A stretch of DNA of 25,166 bases from a virus (Duplodnaviria; Caudoviricetes): positions 1 through 25,166 of IMG/VR virus record IMGVR_UViG_3300036394_000009; one strand, 5' to 3'. Position 1 is the stretch's first letter, and each line of letters opens with the position of its first letter. The translations under genes were made by a program, and so were the position numbers. Below the pieces are notes generated by a model. That model was not told the origin of the DNA and searched no databases. It worked only from the letters and a program-made list of their open reading frames with translations. Positions 6,310-15,738 of this stretch are shown here, in pieces.

Positions 6310-7606
6310 GACCGCCGAGGTCTTCGAGCCGCTGCTTGAGCCGGCGCGGGACAAGGCATCGTTCGGGGGCCGGGGCTCTGGGAAGTCGCACTTCTTCGGC
6401 GGCCTGCTGGTCGAGGATAGCCTGGCCGAGCCGGGCGAGAACGGCGGCGTCGGCCTGCTCTCGGTCTGCATCCGCGAGGTGCAGAAGGATCTCGCCCAGT
6501 CCTCGAAGCGCCTGATCGAAAGCAAGCTGGTCGCCCACAATCTGGGCGAGGCCGATGGGTTCAAGGTCTACCGCGACGTCATCAGAACGCCAGGCGATGG
6601 CCTGATCATCTTCAAGGGGATGAACGACTACAACGCCGACAGCATCAAATCGCTGGAGGGGTTCAAGCGGGGCTGGTGGGAAGAGGCGCATGGCGCGACC
6701 CAGACCAGTATCAATCTCTATCGACCCACCATGCGCGCCAGCGGCTCGCAAATGTGGTGGAGCTGGAACCCGCGACATAAGCGAGACCCGGTCGATAAGA
6801 TGTTCCGGGGCTCCGAGAAGCCGACCGGCGCGATCGTTGTTCCCGCACACTGGACAGATAACCCGTGGTGGACCGCCGAACTTGAGCAGGAGCGGCTCGA
6901 CACCTTCCGCATGAAGCCCGACCAGTACGGGCACATTTGGGACGGCGACTACATCACCGTCGTCGAGGGCGCCTACTACGCGCCGTATCTGGCCGCTGCG
7001 AAGGCCGAGCGGCGCATCGGCATCGTGCCGCGCGACCCGCTCATGACCATCCGGGCGGTTTGGGACATCGGCGGCACCGGCGCCAAGGCCGACGCCTGCT
7101 CGATCTGGATTGTCCAGTTCGTCGGCAAGCAGATCCTGGTGCTCGACTACTACGAGGCAGTCGGCCAACCGCTCGCGACCCACGTCGAATGGCTCCGCAG
7201 CAAGGGCTACGGCTCGGCACTCTGCATCCTGCCCCACGACGGGGACACGAACGACAAGGTCTTCGACGTCAGCTACGCCAGCGCCCTCCGCGACGCGCAG
7301 TTCGATGTCATCGTGGTTCCCAACCAGGGCAAGGGCGCGGCGATGATGCGGGTCGAGGCCGCGCGGCGTCATTTCTCTCGTTTTTGGTTCAACGAGGCCA
7401 CGACCGAAGGCGGGCGGGCAGCGCTCGGCTGGTATCACGAGAAGCGCGACGAGAAGCGCGAGATCGGCCTGGGGCCGAACCACGACTGGTCCAGCCACGG
7501 CGCCGACGGCTTCGGCCTGGTGGCCGTCGTCTACGAAGAACCGACAACCGAAGAGCCGGCGGAAGACTACCGCGGACGCGGCGCACGAAGAGGATGGGCC
7601 GGATGA
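6290..7606 (+). CDS. terL: Terminase large subunit (PBSX-like)
   Basis: Walker A GGRGSGKS, CIREVQ, Walker B WWEEA, WNP coupling motif; nuclease motifs WDIG, LPHDG, HDWSSHGADGF. Confidence 0.95.
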   Translation: MSALRIETAEVFEPLLEPARDKASFGGRGSGKSHFFGGLLVEDSLAEPGENGGVGLLSVCIREVQKDLAQSSKRLIESKLVAHNLGEADGFKVYRDVIRTPGDGLIIFKGMNDYNADSIKSLEGFKRGWWEEAHGATQTSINLYRPTMRASGSQMWWSWNPRHKRDPVDKMFRGSEKPTGAIVVPAHWTDNPWWTAELEQERLDTFRMKPDQYGHIWDGDYITVVEGAYYAPYLAAAKAERRIGIVPRDPLMTIRAVWDIGGTGAKADACSIWIVQFVGKQILVLDYYEAVGQPLATHVEWLRSKGYGSALCILPHDGDTNDKVFDVSYASALRDAQFDVIVVPNQGKGAAMMRVEAARRHFSRFWFNEATTEGGRAALGWYHEKRDEKREIGLGPNHDWSSHGADGFGLVAVVYEEPTTEEPAEDYRGRGARRGWAG

Positions 7607-9570
7607 GCGAGAGAGACGACATCGCCGACGCCCAAGACGCGTTCGCCGCCGCCGAGGAGCACGAGGCTGAGAACCGCAGGGAAGCGATCGCAGACGTCCG
7701 CTTTGGCCGGCTGGACGATCAGTGGGACGAGAAGGATCGTGCCGACCGCGAACGCGATGGCCGACCTTGCCTGACCATCAACAAGCTCCCGGCCTCGATG
7801 CGTCAGGTTTGGAACGACGCCCGCCAGAACCGTCCCGCCATTGCCGTGCATCCGGTTGATGATGGGTCTGACCCAGACACCGCCGAGATCCTGAACGGCA
7901 TCATCCGCAACATCGAGCAGTCATCGGACGCCGAGGCGGCATACGATACGGCGCTTGAGCATGCCGTCGACCGCGGCTTCGGCTACTTCGCGATCGACCT
8001 AGCCTATTCCCACGATGACGCCTGGGATCAGGACATCGTCATCAAGCGGATCAGCAATCCGTTCTCGGTCTACGGCGATCCGACCTCAACGGCCGTCGAC
8101 AGCTCCGATTGGAACGACGCCTTCATTCTCGATGTCCTGAACAAGACCCAGTTCAAGGATCGCTTCGACGACGCCGAGTTCACCAGCTTCACCGACGCCC
8201 GGGAACTGCAGGGCCAGCGTCAGGTCAAGCAGGACACCGTCGTCATCGCCTCGCGCTGGAAGCGGGAGACGGTGAAGCGGAAGATCTACCTGCTCTCGGA
8301 CGGTCAGGTGGTCGGCGAAGACGCACTTGCGGAGAATCAGGCGCTCTTCGCCGCCACGGGCGTGACGGTGGAGGGCCAGCCCCGCACAGTCCCGTCCTAT
8401 AAGGTCACCCAGCAGCTTCTCTCCGGATCTGCGGTGCTTGAGACCGTCGACTGGGCCGGCAAATACATCCCGATCATCCCTGTCTATGGCGAGGAGGTGA
8501 ACGAGGAGGGCACGCGTCACTTCCGGTCCCTGATCCGCGCGGCCAAGGACGGCCAGCGCCGCTACAACGTCCACATCTCGGCCTCGACCGAAGCCACCAT
8601 GAATCAGACGAAGGCGCCCTGGGTAGGCGCCAGGGGCTCGTTCAAATCTGACGCCAAGAACTGGGCGACGTCGAACGAGAACCACGCCTATCTGGAGTAC
8701 GATCCGGTCATTCAGAACGGCGTCATGGCTCCGCCGCCGCAGCGTCAGCCACTCGCTGGCGTGCCGGCTGGCGATATCCAGGCCGCGATGATGGCGAGCG
8801 ACGACATGAAGGCGATCATGGGCATCCATGACGCCTCGCTGGGTGCTCGCAGCAATGAAACCTCCGGCGTGGCGATCATGGCCCGGCAGCGGGAAGGGGA
8901 CGTGTCCACGTTCCACTTCACCGATAACCTGAACCGCGCCATCCGGCATGCTGGCCGCATCCTCGTGGACCTGATCCCCAAGGTTTACACCGTGCCTCGT
9001 GTGCAACGGATCATCGGTAAGGACGGCAAGGCCGACCTCGTGCCGGTCAACCAGCAGTTCGAGGCCGAGCAGGAAGGCCCAGACGGTCAGGTCCAGAAGA
9101 TCAGCAAGATCTACGACCTCACGACCGGCAGATACGACGTCACCGTGAAGGCCGGCCCCTCGTTCACCAGCCGCCGCGAGGAAGCCGCGACCCAGATGAT
9201 CGAACTGATCCGCGCCTATCCCGCCGCGGCTCCGGTCATCGGCGACCTGTTGGCCAGAAATCTCGATTGGCCTGGCGCCGAAGAGATCGCCGATCGCTTG
9301 CAAGCCCTCCTGCCGAGCCAGCTTCAGGGCGAGAGCCCGGAGGCCCAGGAGGCCAAGGCGGCGATGCAGCAGATGGCCCAACTGATCCAACAGCTTCAGG
9401 CCGATGCGAACGATAAGGCCGAGGATCGCGCCATTGAGGGCCGCAAGCTTGAGATCGAAGCGTTCAACGCCGAGACCGACCGCTTGAAGGTCACTGGCGA
9501 CCAGGAGCTGAAGCGCCTCACCGCGCTCGTTGGCCAGCTTTCCGGCGGGGCGCTTACAGCCGCCGCCTAA
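7603..9570 (+). CDS. P22-like portal protein (655 aa)
   Basis: ATGA overlap with terL. Motifs QW...R..DGRPCLTINK, YIPIIPVYG, SNETSGVAI.ARQ, GRYDV.V..GPSF.SRREEA, and a C-terminal helical region. Confidence 0.93.
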   Translation: MSERDDIADAQDAFAAAEEHEAENRREAIADVRFGRLDDQWDEKDRADRERDGRPCLTINKLPASMRQVWNDARQNRPAIAVHPVDDGSDPDTAEILNGIIRNIEQSSDAEAAYDTALEHAVDRGFGYFAIDLAYSHDDAWDQDIVIKRISNPFSVYGDPTSTAVDSSDWNDAFILDVLNKTQFKDRFDDAEFTSFTDARELQGQRQVKQDTVVIASRWKRETVKRKIYLLSDGQVVGEDALAENQALFAATGVTVEGQPRTVPSYKVTQQLLSGSAVLETVDWAGKYIPIIPVYGEEVNEEGTRHFRSLIRAAKDGQRRYNVHISASTEATMNQTKAPWVGARGSFKSDAKNWATSNENHAYLEYDPVIQNGVMAPPPQRQPLAGVPAGDIQAAMMASDDMKAIMGIHDASLGARSNETSGVAIMARQREGDVSTFHFTDNLNRAIRHAGRILVDLIPKVYTVPRVQRIIGKDGKADLVPVNQQFEAEQEGPDGQVQKISKIYDLTTGRYDVTVKAGPSFTSRREEAATQMIELIRAYPAAAPVIGDLLARNLDWPGAEEIADRLQALLPSQLQGESPEAQEAKAAMQQMAQLIQQLQADANDKAEDRAIEGRKLEIEAFNAETDRLKVTGDQELKRLTALVGQLSGGALTAAA

Positions 9571-9602
9571 ACCCGGCCCACGGGCCAAACCAAGAGCACC
9601 AC

Positions 9603-10628
9603 ATGACCTCCGAAACTGCGACCACTCCGGTTGCGGGCGACGCCTTGCGTGTGCCTGCCGCCGAAGTCGCCGGCGCCACCCGCGCCATGTTCCTGTCGAG
9701 CACGTCGGCCTTCCCGATGCTCCGCGGCCCGATGGTGGCCTATGCCCCCGAGGACGACGGCACTGGTGTCGCTGCGGCCGGCGGCGAGGCTGACGATCAG
9801 GATGCCGACGACGCCGACCAGGACGAGGAGGATTCCGACGTCGATGGCGATGATGACGACGCCGACGGCGATGATCAGGACGATGACGAGGACGAAGAGG
9901 ACCTCGAAGACGTCGAGTTCGAGGGGAAAAACTACAAGCTCCCCAAGGAAGTGAAGCGCGGCCTCCTGCGGGAAGCCGACTACACGCAGAAGACCCAGGC
10001 GCTCGCCACGGCCCGTCAGGCACTGGATGCGGAACGCACCCAGCACGTCGAGATGACGCAGGCTTTGCGCGCCGATCTGGGGAAGGTTCAGGCGCTTGAG
10101 GACCGGATCGAGAAGTTCAAGGCACTCCCCTGGGAGCAGCTTCGAGCGTCGAACCCAGACGACTATCGTGAACTGCGCGACGAGTATCAGATTGCGCGCG
10201 ACGATCTGCAGGAGGCCCAAGGCTCCCTGAAACAGAAGGAAGACGACCTCCGCGAAAAGGAGCGTCAGACCGACGCCACCCGACTGAGCGAGACAGAGGC
10301 CGCGCTTCGCAACCCGGAAACGGGGATCAAGGGCTGGGGACCCCAGCTTTTCCAAGAACTCGTCGGATTTGCGGGCACACACGGCCTTTCGCCGTCCGAC
10401 CTCCGGCAGGCTTCCGTTGGCGAATGGAAGCTCCTTCACCTCGCCAAGCTCGGGGCTCAGGCCCAGCAGCAGCAGCAGAAGGTGCAGCACCACAAGACGG
10501 CTCAGAAAACCCGCCCAGCGGCCGAGGTGAAGGGCAACGCCCCGAGCCAGGGGCTGGCGAGCGTGAAGAGCACCGATGAGTGGATGCGCCGCCGAACCGC
10601 CCAGGTCGCCAAGCGCGGCCGGTCCTAA
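9603..10628 (+). CDS. Capsid scaffolding protein
   Basis: Lies between portal and coat. Long D/E tract, DYTQKTQALA motif, coiled coil and a basic C-terminal helix. Confidence 0.85.
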   Translation: MTSETATTPVAGDALRVPAAEVAGATRAMFLSSTSAFPMLRGPMVAYAPEDDGTGVAAAGGEADDQDADDADQDEEDSDVDGDDDDADGDDQDDDEDEEDLEDVEFEGKNYKLPKEVKRGLLREADYTQKTQALATARQALDAERTQHVEMTQALRADLGKVQALEDRIEKFKALPWEQLRASNPDDYRELRDEYQIARDDLQEAQGSLKQKEDDLREKERQTDATRLSETEAALRNPETGIKGWGPQLFQELVGFAGTHGLSPSDLRQASVGEWKLLHLAKLGAQAQQQQQKVQHHKTAQKTRPAAEVKGNAPSQGLASVKSTDEWMRRRTAQVAKRGRS

Positions 10629-10665
10629 TTCCATTCGCGCCTAGAGCGCAGAAAGCACCATCACC

Positions 10666-11841
10666 GTGGCAAACACCCTCCTAAACTCGCAGATCATCAC
10701 GCGCGAAGCCCTCCGCGTGCTCCACCAGAAGCTCCGCTTCGTCGGCTCCATCAATCGGCAGTACGACAAGAGCTTCGCCAAGGCCGGCGCCAAGATCGGG
10801 GACACGCTCTCGGTCCGCATGCCGAACCGCTACCTCGTCACCGACGGCGCGGCCTTGGGCAGCCAGGACACCGTCGAGAAGAAGATCCCTTTGACCGTCA
10901 ATCGTCAGAAGCACGTGCCGCTGAAGTTCACGGCCGTGGATCTTACCCTGCACATCGACGACTTCTCGAAACGCTACATCGAGCCGGCCATGGCCGTCCT
11001 CGCTGCGGCGATCGAGGCGGACGCGCTCACTATGCGCTCCAAGGTCTGGCAGCAGGTCAACGGCATGGGCGCTGCGGCCACCTTCCGTCGGCTGATGGAG
11101 GGCCGCGCCCTGCTTGAGCAGAGCCTGACCCCGGACGGCAACCGGACCGCGCTGCTGAACAACCTGGACAATGTCGATCTCGTCGATGCCCTGAAGGGCC
11201 TGTTCAACGCGCAGGGCACCATCAGCAAGCAGAACCGCGAAGGCATGATGGGCCACACGGCTGGTTTCGACTTCTTCGAAACCACCCACCTGAACCGCCA
11301 AGCGCGTGGCGCTGGCGCCAGCTACCTCTCCAACGGAGCGACCCAGAGCGGAGCGGCTATCTCGGTCGACACCGGGACCGGCGCGATCAATGCCGGCGAG
11401 ATCGTCACATTCAACGGCGTCTTCGCGGTCCACCCCGAGACCAAGGCGATCACTAACCAGCTGCAGCAGTTCGTGGTCACCGCGAACTACGCTGGCGGCA
11501 CGGGAGTCCTGGCGATCAGCCCGGCCATCGTGGTCACCGGCGCGGAGCAGAACGTGTCTAACGCCATCGCCGATAACTCGGCCATGTCGATCGCCGGCAC
11601 CGCCAGCACCTCCTACGGCCAATCGCTGGTCTATCACGAGGACGCCTTCACCCTGGCGACCGCCGACCTCGTGCTTCCCAAAGGCGTCGACTTCGGCGCG
11701 CGTGAGAACTTCGACGGGATCTCGCTGCGGGTGATCCGCGACTACGACATCAACTCCGACAGCCTGCCTTGCCGCGTTGACGTCCTCTACGGCTATGAGG
11801 CCCTTCGGCCCGAATTGGCCGCCCGCTTGGCCTTCAACTAG
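10666..11841 (+). CDS. Major capsid protein, P22 coat-protein family
   Basis: MANTLL..QIITREAL.VL; KIGDTL.VR.P; DDFSKRYIEPAM..LA; C-terminal R.DVLYG....RPE.A. Strong codon bias; followed by a terminator. Confidence 0.95.
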   Translation: MANTLLNSQIITREALRVLHQKLRFVGSINRQYDKSFAKAGAKIGDTLSVRMPNRYLVTDGAALGSQDTVEKKIPLTVNRQKHVPLKFTAVDLTLHIDDFSKRYIEPAMAVLAAAIEADALTMRSKVWQQVNGMGAAATFRRLMEGRALLEQSLTPDGNRTALLNNLDNVDLVDALKGLFNAQGTISKQNREGMMGHTAGFDFFETTHLNRQARGAGASYLSNGATQSGAAISVDTGTGAINAGEIVTFNGVFAVHPETKAITNQLQQFVVTANYAGGTGVLAISPAIVVTGAEQNVSNAIADNSAMSIAGTASTSYGQSLVYHEDAFTLATADLVLPKGVDFGARENFDGISLRVIRDYDINSDSLPCRVDVLYGYEALRPELAARLAFN

Positions 11842-11859
11842 GCCGACCTCGGACCTCTG

Positions 11860-11886
11860 GGCCGCTCCTTCGGGGGCGGCCTTTTT
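11860..11886 (+). terminator. Intrinsic terminator after the coat gene
   Basis: ggccgctcc-TTCG-ggggcggcc followed by T5. Confidence 0.9.
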
Positions 11887-11921
11887 CTGCGTTCCCACGA
11901 CAATTCAGACAGGAGGCCGCC

Positions 11922-12314
11922 ATGTCCAAGGCGCCTATCATCGAACACGACACCTGGCTCTATTCTGACGCCGCGCCCACTGGCCGGCTGTTCGGAGCTG
12001 GCGAGCTGCATCCAGGCGAGGGCTGGCAGGATATGCCCTCAGGCGCGAATGAGGGGCTGGGCGCGGCGGCCGACGCTATCGAAGACGCCATCGCCGATCA
12101 GAAGGCCCGGTTCGACACCGCTTGGGCAGAACTCACGACCGAGCACGAGAGCGTCCAGGCCGCGCTCACCAAGGCCGAGGCCGAGAACAAGGACCTGCGC
12201 GGCGAGATCGCGTCGAAAGACGAGGACATCCGCCAGCTCAAGGAAGCGGTCGCCAAGTTCGACCCTGACGGCGACGGCAAGCCCGGCGGCAGCGTTTCCA
12301 AGGCGTCCAAATAA
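11922..12314 (+). CDS. Hypothetical phage protein with coiled coil and DPDGDG motif
   Basis: AGGAGG SD, heptad-like region, C-terminal DxDxDG (Ca-binding-like) loop. Confidence 0.8.
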   Translation: MSKAPIIEHDTWLYSDAAPTGRLFGAGELHPGEGWQDMPSGANEGLGAAADAIEDAIADQKARFDTAWAELTTEHESVQAALTKAEAENKDLRGEIASKDEDIRQLKEAVAKFDPDGDGKPGGSVSKASK

Positions 12315-12341
12315 GCCCTCACAACGGAGCGGGAGGTCCCA

Positions 12342-12572
12342 ATGGACGCCAGCCAAATCTCTAACGACATGGCGATCGTCACGCCGAGCAACACTGACGC
12401 TTGTATTGGCGTGGGCTTCGCGTTCACCGGCGGCGACTGCGCTGTGGTGACCGCCAAGGGGACAACCATCACCATCCCCGCGGCGTTCGCCGGCCACATC
12501 TTCCCCCAGGCGATCATCAAGGTGCTCACGACCGGAACGACGGCCACGACCGTCATCGTGTTCAAGGGCTGA
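12342..12572 (+). CDS. Head-spike base protein, RcGTA Rcc01079-like
   Basis: 76 aa, all-beta. IVTPSN, GG, AG.I.P and VL.TGTTAT match the recalled spike-base family pattern. SD GGGAGG. Confidence 0.75.
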   Translation: MDASQISNDMAIVTPSNTDACIGVGFAFTGGDCAVVTAKGTTITIPAAFAGHIFPQAIIKVLTTGTTATTVIVFKG

Positions 12573-12574
12573 TC

Positions 12575-13213
12575 GTGGCGCTCTCGAACCTCGACGACCT
12601 GAAAAGCGCCGTCGCTGAATGGATGGAGCGGTCGGACCTCGCCCCGCGCATCCCCGATTTCATCAGTCTGGCCGAGAGCCGGCTGAACCGCCTCTTCCGG
12701 GGGCGGATGAACGAGGTGTCCGCAGCCCTGACGGCCACGCCCGGTCAACGCACCGTCGCCCTTTCGGCGCTCTTTTCCGAGGCCATCACGCTCTGGCTGC
12801 TCCGAGATGGCGGGCGCCAGGAACTGAGGTTCGTCGATCCAGGCCTGATCGACGCGCGCTCGGCCGGGGCCCAGCCGCAGTATTGGACGGTCGAGGGCTC
12901 GACCATCGCCTTCGACTGCGCATGCGACCAGGCCTACGCCTTCACGCTCCGCCACCTGAAGAAGTTCCAGCTCAGCGAGGCCGAGCCGACCAACGGCCTG
13001 CTGGCAGACTATCCCGACCTCTACCTGTTCGGCGCGCTGCTGGAGGCCGCGCCGTTCCTGCGGGATGCGGACCTGCTGGGCCTATTCCAGACCCGCTACG
13101 ACACCGCCATGACCGAGGCGACGGACAAGGAGCATTCGAACCGCTCCCATTCGAGCCTCCGGTCTGACCGGGCGTTGCTCGGCTCTGGCCGCTACGACAT
13201 TCGCCGGGGATGA
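12575..13213 (+). CDS. Head-tail adaptor protein (212 aa, GTG start)
   Basis: L.NLDDLKSAVAEWMERSDL...IPDFISLAESRLNR and TN.LL..YPDLYLFGALLEAAPFL are typical podophage adaptor motifs. Confidence 0.8.
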   Translation: MALSNLDDLKSAVAEWMERSDLAPRIPDFISLAESRLNRLFRGRMNEVSAALTATPGQRTVALSALFSEAITLWLLRDGGRQELRFVDPGLIDARSAGAQPQYWTVEGSTIAFDCACDQAYAFTLRHLKKFQLSEAEPTNGLLADYPDLYLFGALLEAAPFLRDADLLGLFQTRYDTAMTEATDKEHSNRSHSSLRSDRALLGSGRYDIRRG

Positions 13214-13455
13214 GCGGCCTCGTCCCCCCGAGCGATCCCAAGGCGGATCCTCGCCCGTTCTTCCAAGCCGTCGCCGACGCCATCACCCAGCTGCAGCGCC
13301 CCGGCCAGCCGTCGCCCGTCTATCCGGCACCTTCCACCGACCTTCCGCCGGCCGCCAACTGGCCCGACTGCGTGCTGCGGGTGTCCGACCTCAAAATTCT
13401 GGCCGTCTCGGACGGCGTCGCCTGGATCAGGCAAGACACCGGAGCCCCGATCTAA
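13210..13455 (+). CDS. Hypothetical virion-associated protein
   Basis: Coupled on both sides (ATGA and TAATG overlaps). Confidence 0.7.
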   Translation: MSGLVPPSDPKADPRPFFQAVADAITQLQRPGQPSPVYPAPSTDLPPAANWPDCVLRVSDLKILAVSDGVAWIRQDTGAPI

Positions 13456-14135
13456 TGCCCAGCACTTGGTCCATGCGCTTCCGCCTGAACTATCAGGCGC
13501 CCGGCGACAGCCTGAACGCTTGGGGTCTGGTCCTGAACCAGCAGGTCTTCCAGGCCCTGGAGGATGCGATCGCTAAGCGCGTCGCCTTCCCGCTGTCGGG
13601 CGCCAAGACCCTGACGACGGAAAACGGCATCGAGGACGAGGCCCGGTGCGCCTTCCTGGACGTCACCAGCGGCACTGGCGGCACGATCACCGCCCCGGCC
13701 GTCGAGAAGCTCTACGTCGTGCGCAATGCGTCCTCTGGCGACGTCATCGTGACGAGCGGCGCTGGTCAGACAGCGACCGTGAAGCCCGGCGAGATCGTCT
13801 GGGTGGTCAGCGACGCGGCCAACTTCAGGCGCGTGCAGGCCACGGACATGCTCGGGGGCCGACTGACCGGGCTCGGCAACCCGATCAACGGCAGCGACGC
13901 CGCGTCTAAGTCCTACGTCGACGCCGCAGCCTTCCAGAACGTCAATCTGCCCGGCCAGGGGGCTGGCACTGTCGGCCGCTTCATCAGGTCCGACGGCTCG
14001 CTCGCGACTTGGGAACTGGTCGGCATGGGTGACGTCGCGGGTCTGTCGACCGCCTTGGCCGACCTCGCCGCGGCCGACGCCAGCAACCTTCAAGCGGCTG
14101 AGGAACTCGCCGCCGCCTTCGCCATAGCCCTGTAG
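13455..14135 (+). CDS. Putative proximal tail-fibre protein
   Basis: N-terminal ST....RL....PG...NAWG anchor-like motif; GLG.P....DAASKSYVD fibre repeat; C-terminal AFAIAL. Confidence 0.65.
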   Translation: MPSTWSMRFRLNYQAPGDSLNAWGLVLNQQVFQALEDAIAKRVAFPLSGAKTLTTENGIEDEARCAFLDVTSGTGGTITAPAVEKLYVVRNASSGDVIVTSGAGQTATVKPGEIVWVVSDAANFRRVQATDMLGGRLTGLGNPINGSDAASKSYVDAAAFQNVNLPGQGAGTVGRFIRSDGSLATWELVGMGDVAGLSTALADLAAADASNLQAAEELAAAFAIAL

Positions 14136-14144
14136 GAGCCGAAC

Positions 14145-14558
14145 ATGGCCGCCACACCCAACAAGTTCATCTCGCCCCAGTCCGTGAAGGGCGCCGCTGT
14201 GGTCACGAGCGCCGCCGAAACCGCCTACCACGCGCCCGTGACGGCCGTCGTGAAGCTGATGACCGCCGGGCTGAACGGCTCGCGCGTCACTCGGCTTCGT
14301 TCGCGCCCCCGAGCGAGCGCCAGCGCGACCGCTCTGCACCTCTATCTGTCCACCGACGCGGGGGTCACGAAGGTGCTGATCGATAGTGCGCTCGTCCTTG
14401 CTCACACCCCCGCCACCAGCACCAAAATTCCCGAGACCGATTGGCTCTACAGCGACGTGAACCCGCTGATCCTGCCGGCAAACGCCGAGCTGTGGATTTC
14501 GCAGGCCGTCTTGCTCGCAAACGGGATCGCTCACGAAATCGAGTGGGGCGACTTCTAA
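14145..14558 (+). CDS. Small beta-rich virion protein (fibre connector-like)
   Basis: SD AGGAG; beta-strand-rich; located in the fibre module. Confidence 0.7.
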   Translation: MAATPNKFISPQSVKGAAVVTSAAETAYHAPVTAVVKLMTAGLNGSRVTRLRSRPRASASATALHLYLSTDAGVTKVLIDSALVLAHTPATSTKIPETDWLYSDVNPLILPANAELWISQAVLLANGIAHEIEWGDF

Positions 14559-15268
14559 TGCGCGGGGTCGCTGGCCTCCGGGGCCAGGTCTCGGCCCTTC
14601 CTTTGATAGCGGCGGGACAGGGCGTTTCTCGCGGCCCGCTCCCTGTGCGCGGCATTCCTTCGTCTATTGGCTTGGTGCTTACGGCAGCGCCCTCGAACAT
14701 CAGCAGCAGCGGCGAGAACGGGACGGTCAACAGCGGCGTCGTGGCGATTACCCAGAAGGTCACGCGCCGCGCCGAGGCGTTTCGCCAGCAATGGCGTCAA
14801 ATCTCGGGGCCGCCTGGCGTGGTCATGCCGCACCCGCAGGGCGTCTACTTCCAGCACTCCAGCCTCCCGAATGACGCCACATCCTCAATCGTTTGGCGCT
14901 GCACGGTCGATAACAACTTCGGTCTTGGCGGACAGATCGACGTCGCCTTCACCCTGACGACGTACACGCCAATTCCTCCGCTCGGCGGCTCGGCGTCCCC
15001 GTCGGGCGCCACGACGTTCGTCTACATCGACCCGGGCACCCGCATCGGCCGCTGCTACTTCTCGGCGGCTGGTTCTGGGGGAGTGCCGCCCTACACCTAT
15101 GACTGGGGCGGCGGCGCCTTCCCCACGTCCGCGTCCAACTACACCGACATCTATCTGCCGCCGGGAGCGTCCTCCGGGATCGACTTCAGCGCCGGCTGCA
15201 CGATCACCGACAGTATCGGCCAAACCAAGACTGTCGGTGCGGGCCCGTTCTTCGTCATGGAAGCCTAA
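14558..15268 (+). CDS. Putative distal fibre or receptor-binding protein (236 aa)
   Basis: TAATG coupling at 14556-14560. Gly/Ser/Thr-rich with an Ig-like GGVPPYTYDW...CTITDS segment. Confidence 0.6.
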   Translation: MRGVAGLRGQVSALPLIAAGQGVSRGPLPVRGIPSSIGLVLTAAPSNISSSGENGTVNSGVVAITQKVTRRAEAFRQQWRQISGPPGVVMPHPQGVYFQHSSLPNDATSSIVWRCTVDNNFGLGGQIDVAFTLTTYTPIPPLGGSASPSGATTFVYIDPGTRIGRCYFSAAGSGGVPPYTYDWGGGAFPTSASNYTDIYLPPGASSGIDFSAGCTITDSIGQTKTVGAGPFFVMEA

Positions 15269-15273
15269 GCACA

Positions 15274-15738
15274 ATGATCGCCTATCAGAAGATCACCCTC
15301 GCCGGGGCGCCCGTTGGCGTGCCCGGCCTGCTACCCACCGAGCTCGTGGGGCTGGCCGACACCGATCTTGCGGACCTGAGCTGGGTCGACCCGGGGCAAG
15401 GCTACTCCGGCTTCGGCTATATCCCGGTGGAGGTTGATGACCCCCGCCCGTCGCCTCACCGGCTGCCCAAGGTCGACTTCTGGCGGCTGTTCACTGGCGA
15501 GGAGGAGACGGCCTTCAACCGCGCTCGTCGTCGTGTGTCCGGCCTAACTGACGCCGATTACGATGATCCAGCAAAGGCGGGCCTCGTGGCCCTTGAACGG
15601 TTCCTCAATCGGTTCGACGCCACTCCAATCGTTGAGGTCGATCACCCGGAAACGCAGGCGGCAATCGACCTGCTGGTGATCCTGGAGATCCTGACCCCAG
15701 AGCGCGCGGTTCAGGCGAAGCTGGGGGAGCGTCCCTAG
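15274..15738 (+). CDS. Hypothetical protein, possibly a tail-fibre chaperone
   Basis: Follows the fibre genes; LP.EL.GL....LADLSW.DP and KVDFWRLFT..EE motifs. Confidence 0.6.
   Translation: MIAYQKITLAGAPVGVPGLLPTELVGLADTDLADLSWVDPGQGYSGFGYIPVEVDDPRPSPHRLPKVDFWRLFTGEEETAFNRARRRVSGLTDADYDDPAKAGLVALERFLNRFDATPIVEVDHPETQAAIDLLVILEILTPERAVQAKLGERP

Noticed and set aside
6937-7602. 222-aa N-terminal extension of the portal in the ORF track
   Set aside because: It is an Arg-rich off-frame read of terL; the ATGA overlap at 7603 is the credible start. The same applies to the extended starts at 12401, 14441 and 17882.
9571-9602. ggccc/gggcc inverted repeat after the portal
   Set aside because: Very short stem with a minimal loop and no T-tract; not a credible terminator.
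8086-10023. Long minus-strand ORFs (also 6269-7498, 9567-10634, 10681-11898, 23031-25157)
   Set aside because: They are antisense shadows of strongly codon-biased high-GC genes, with no recognisable motifs.
14558-15268. Possible diversity-generating retroelement target
   Set aside because: No reverse transcriptase gene and no template/variable repeat pair was seen in the window.
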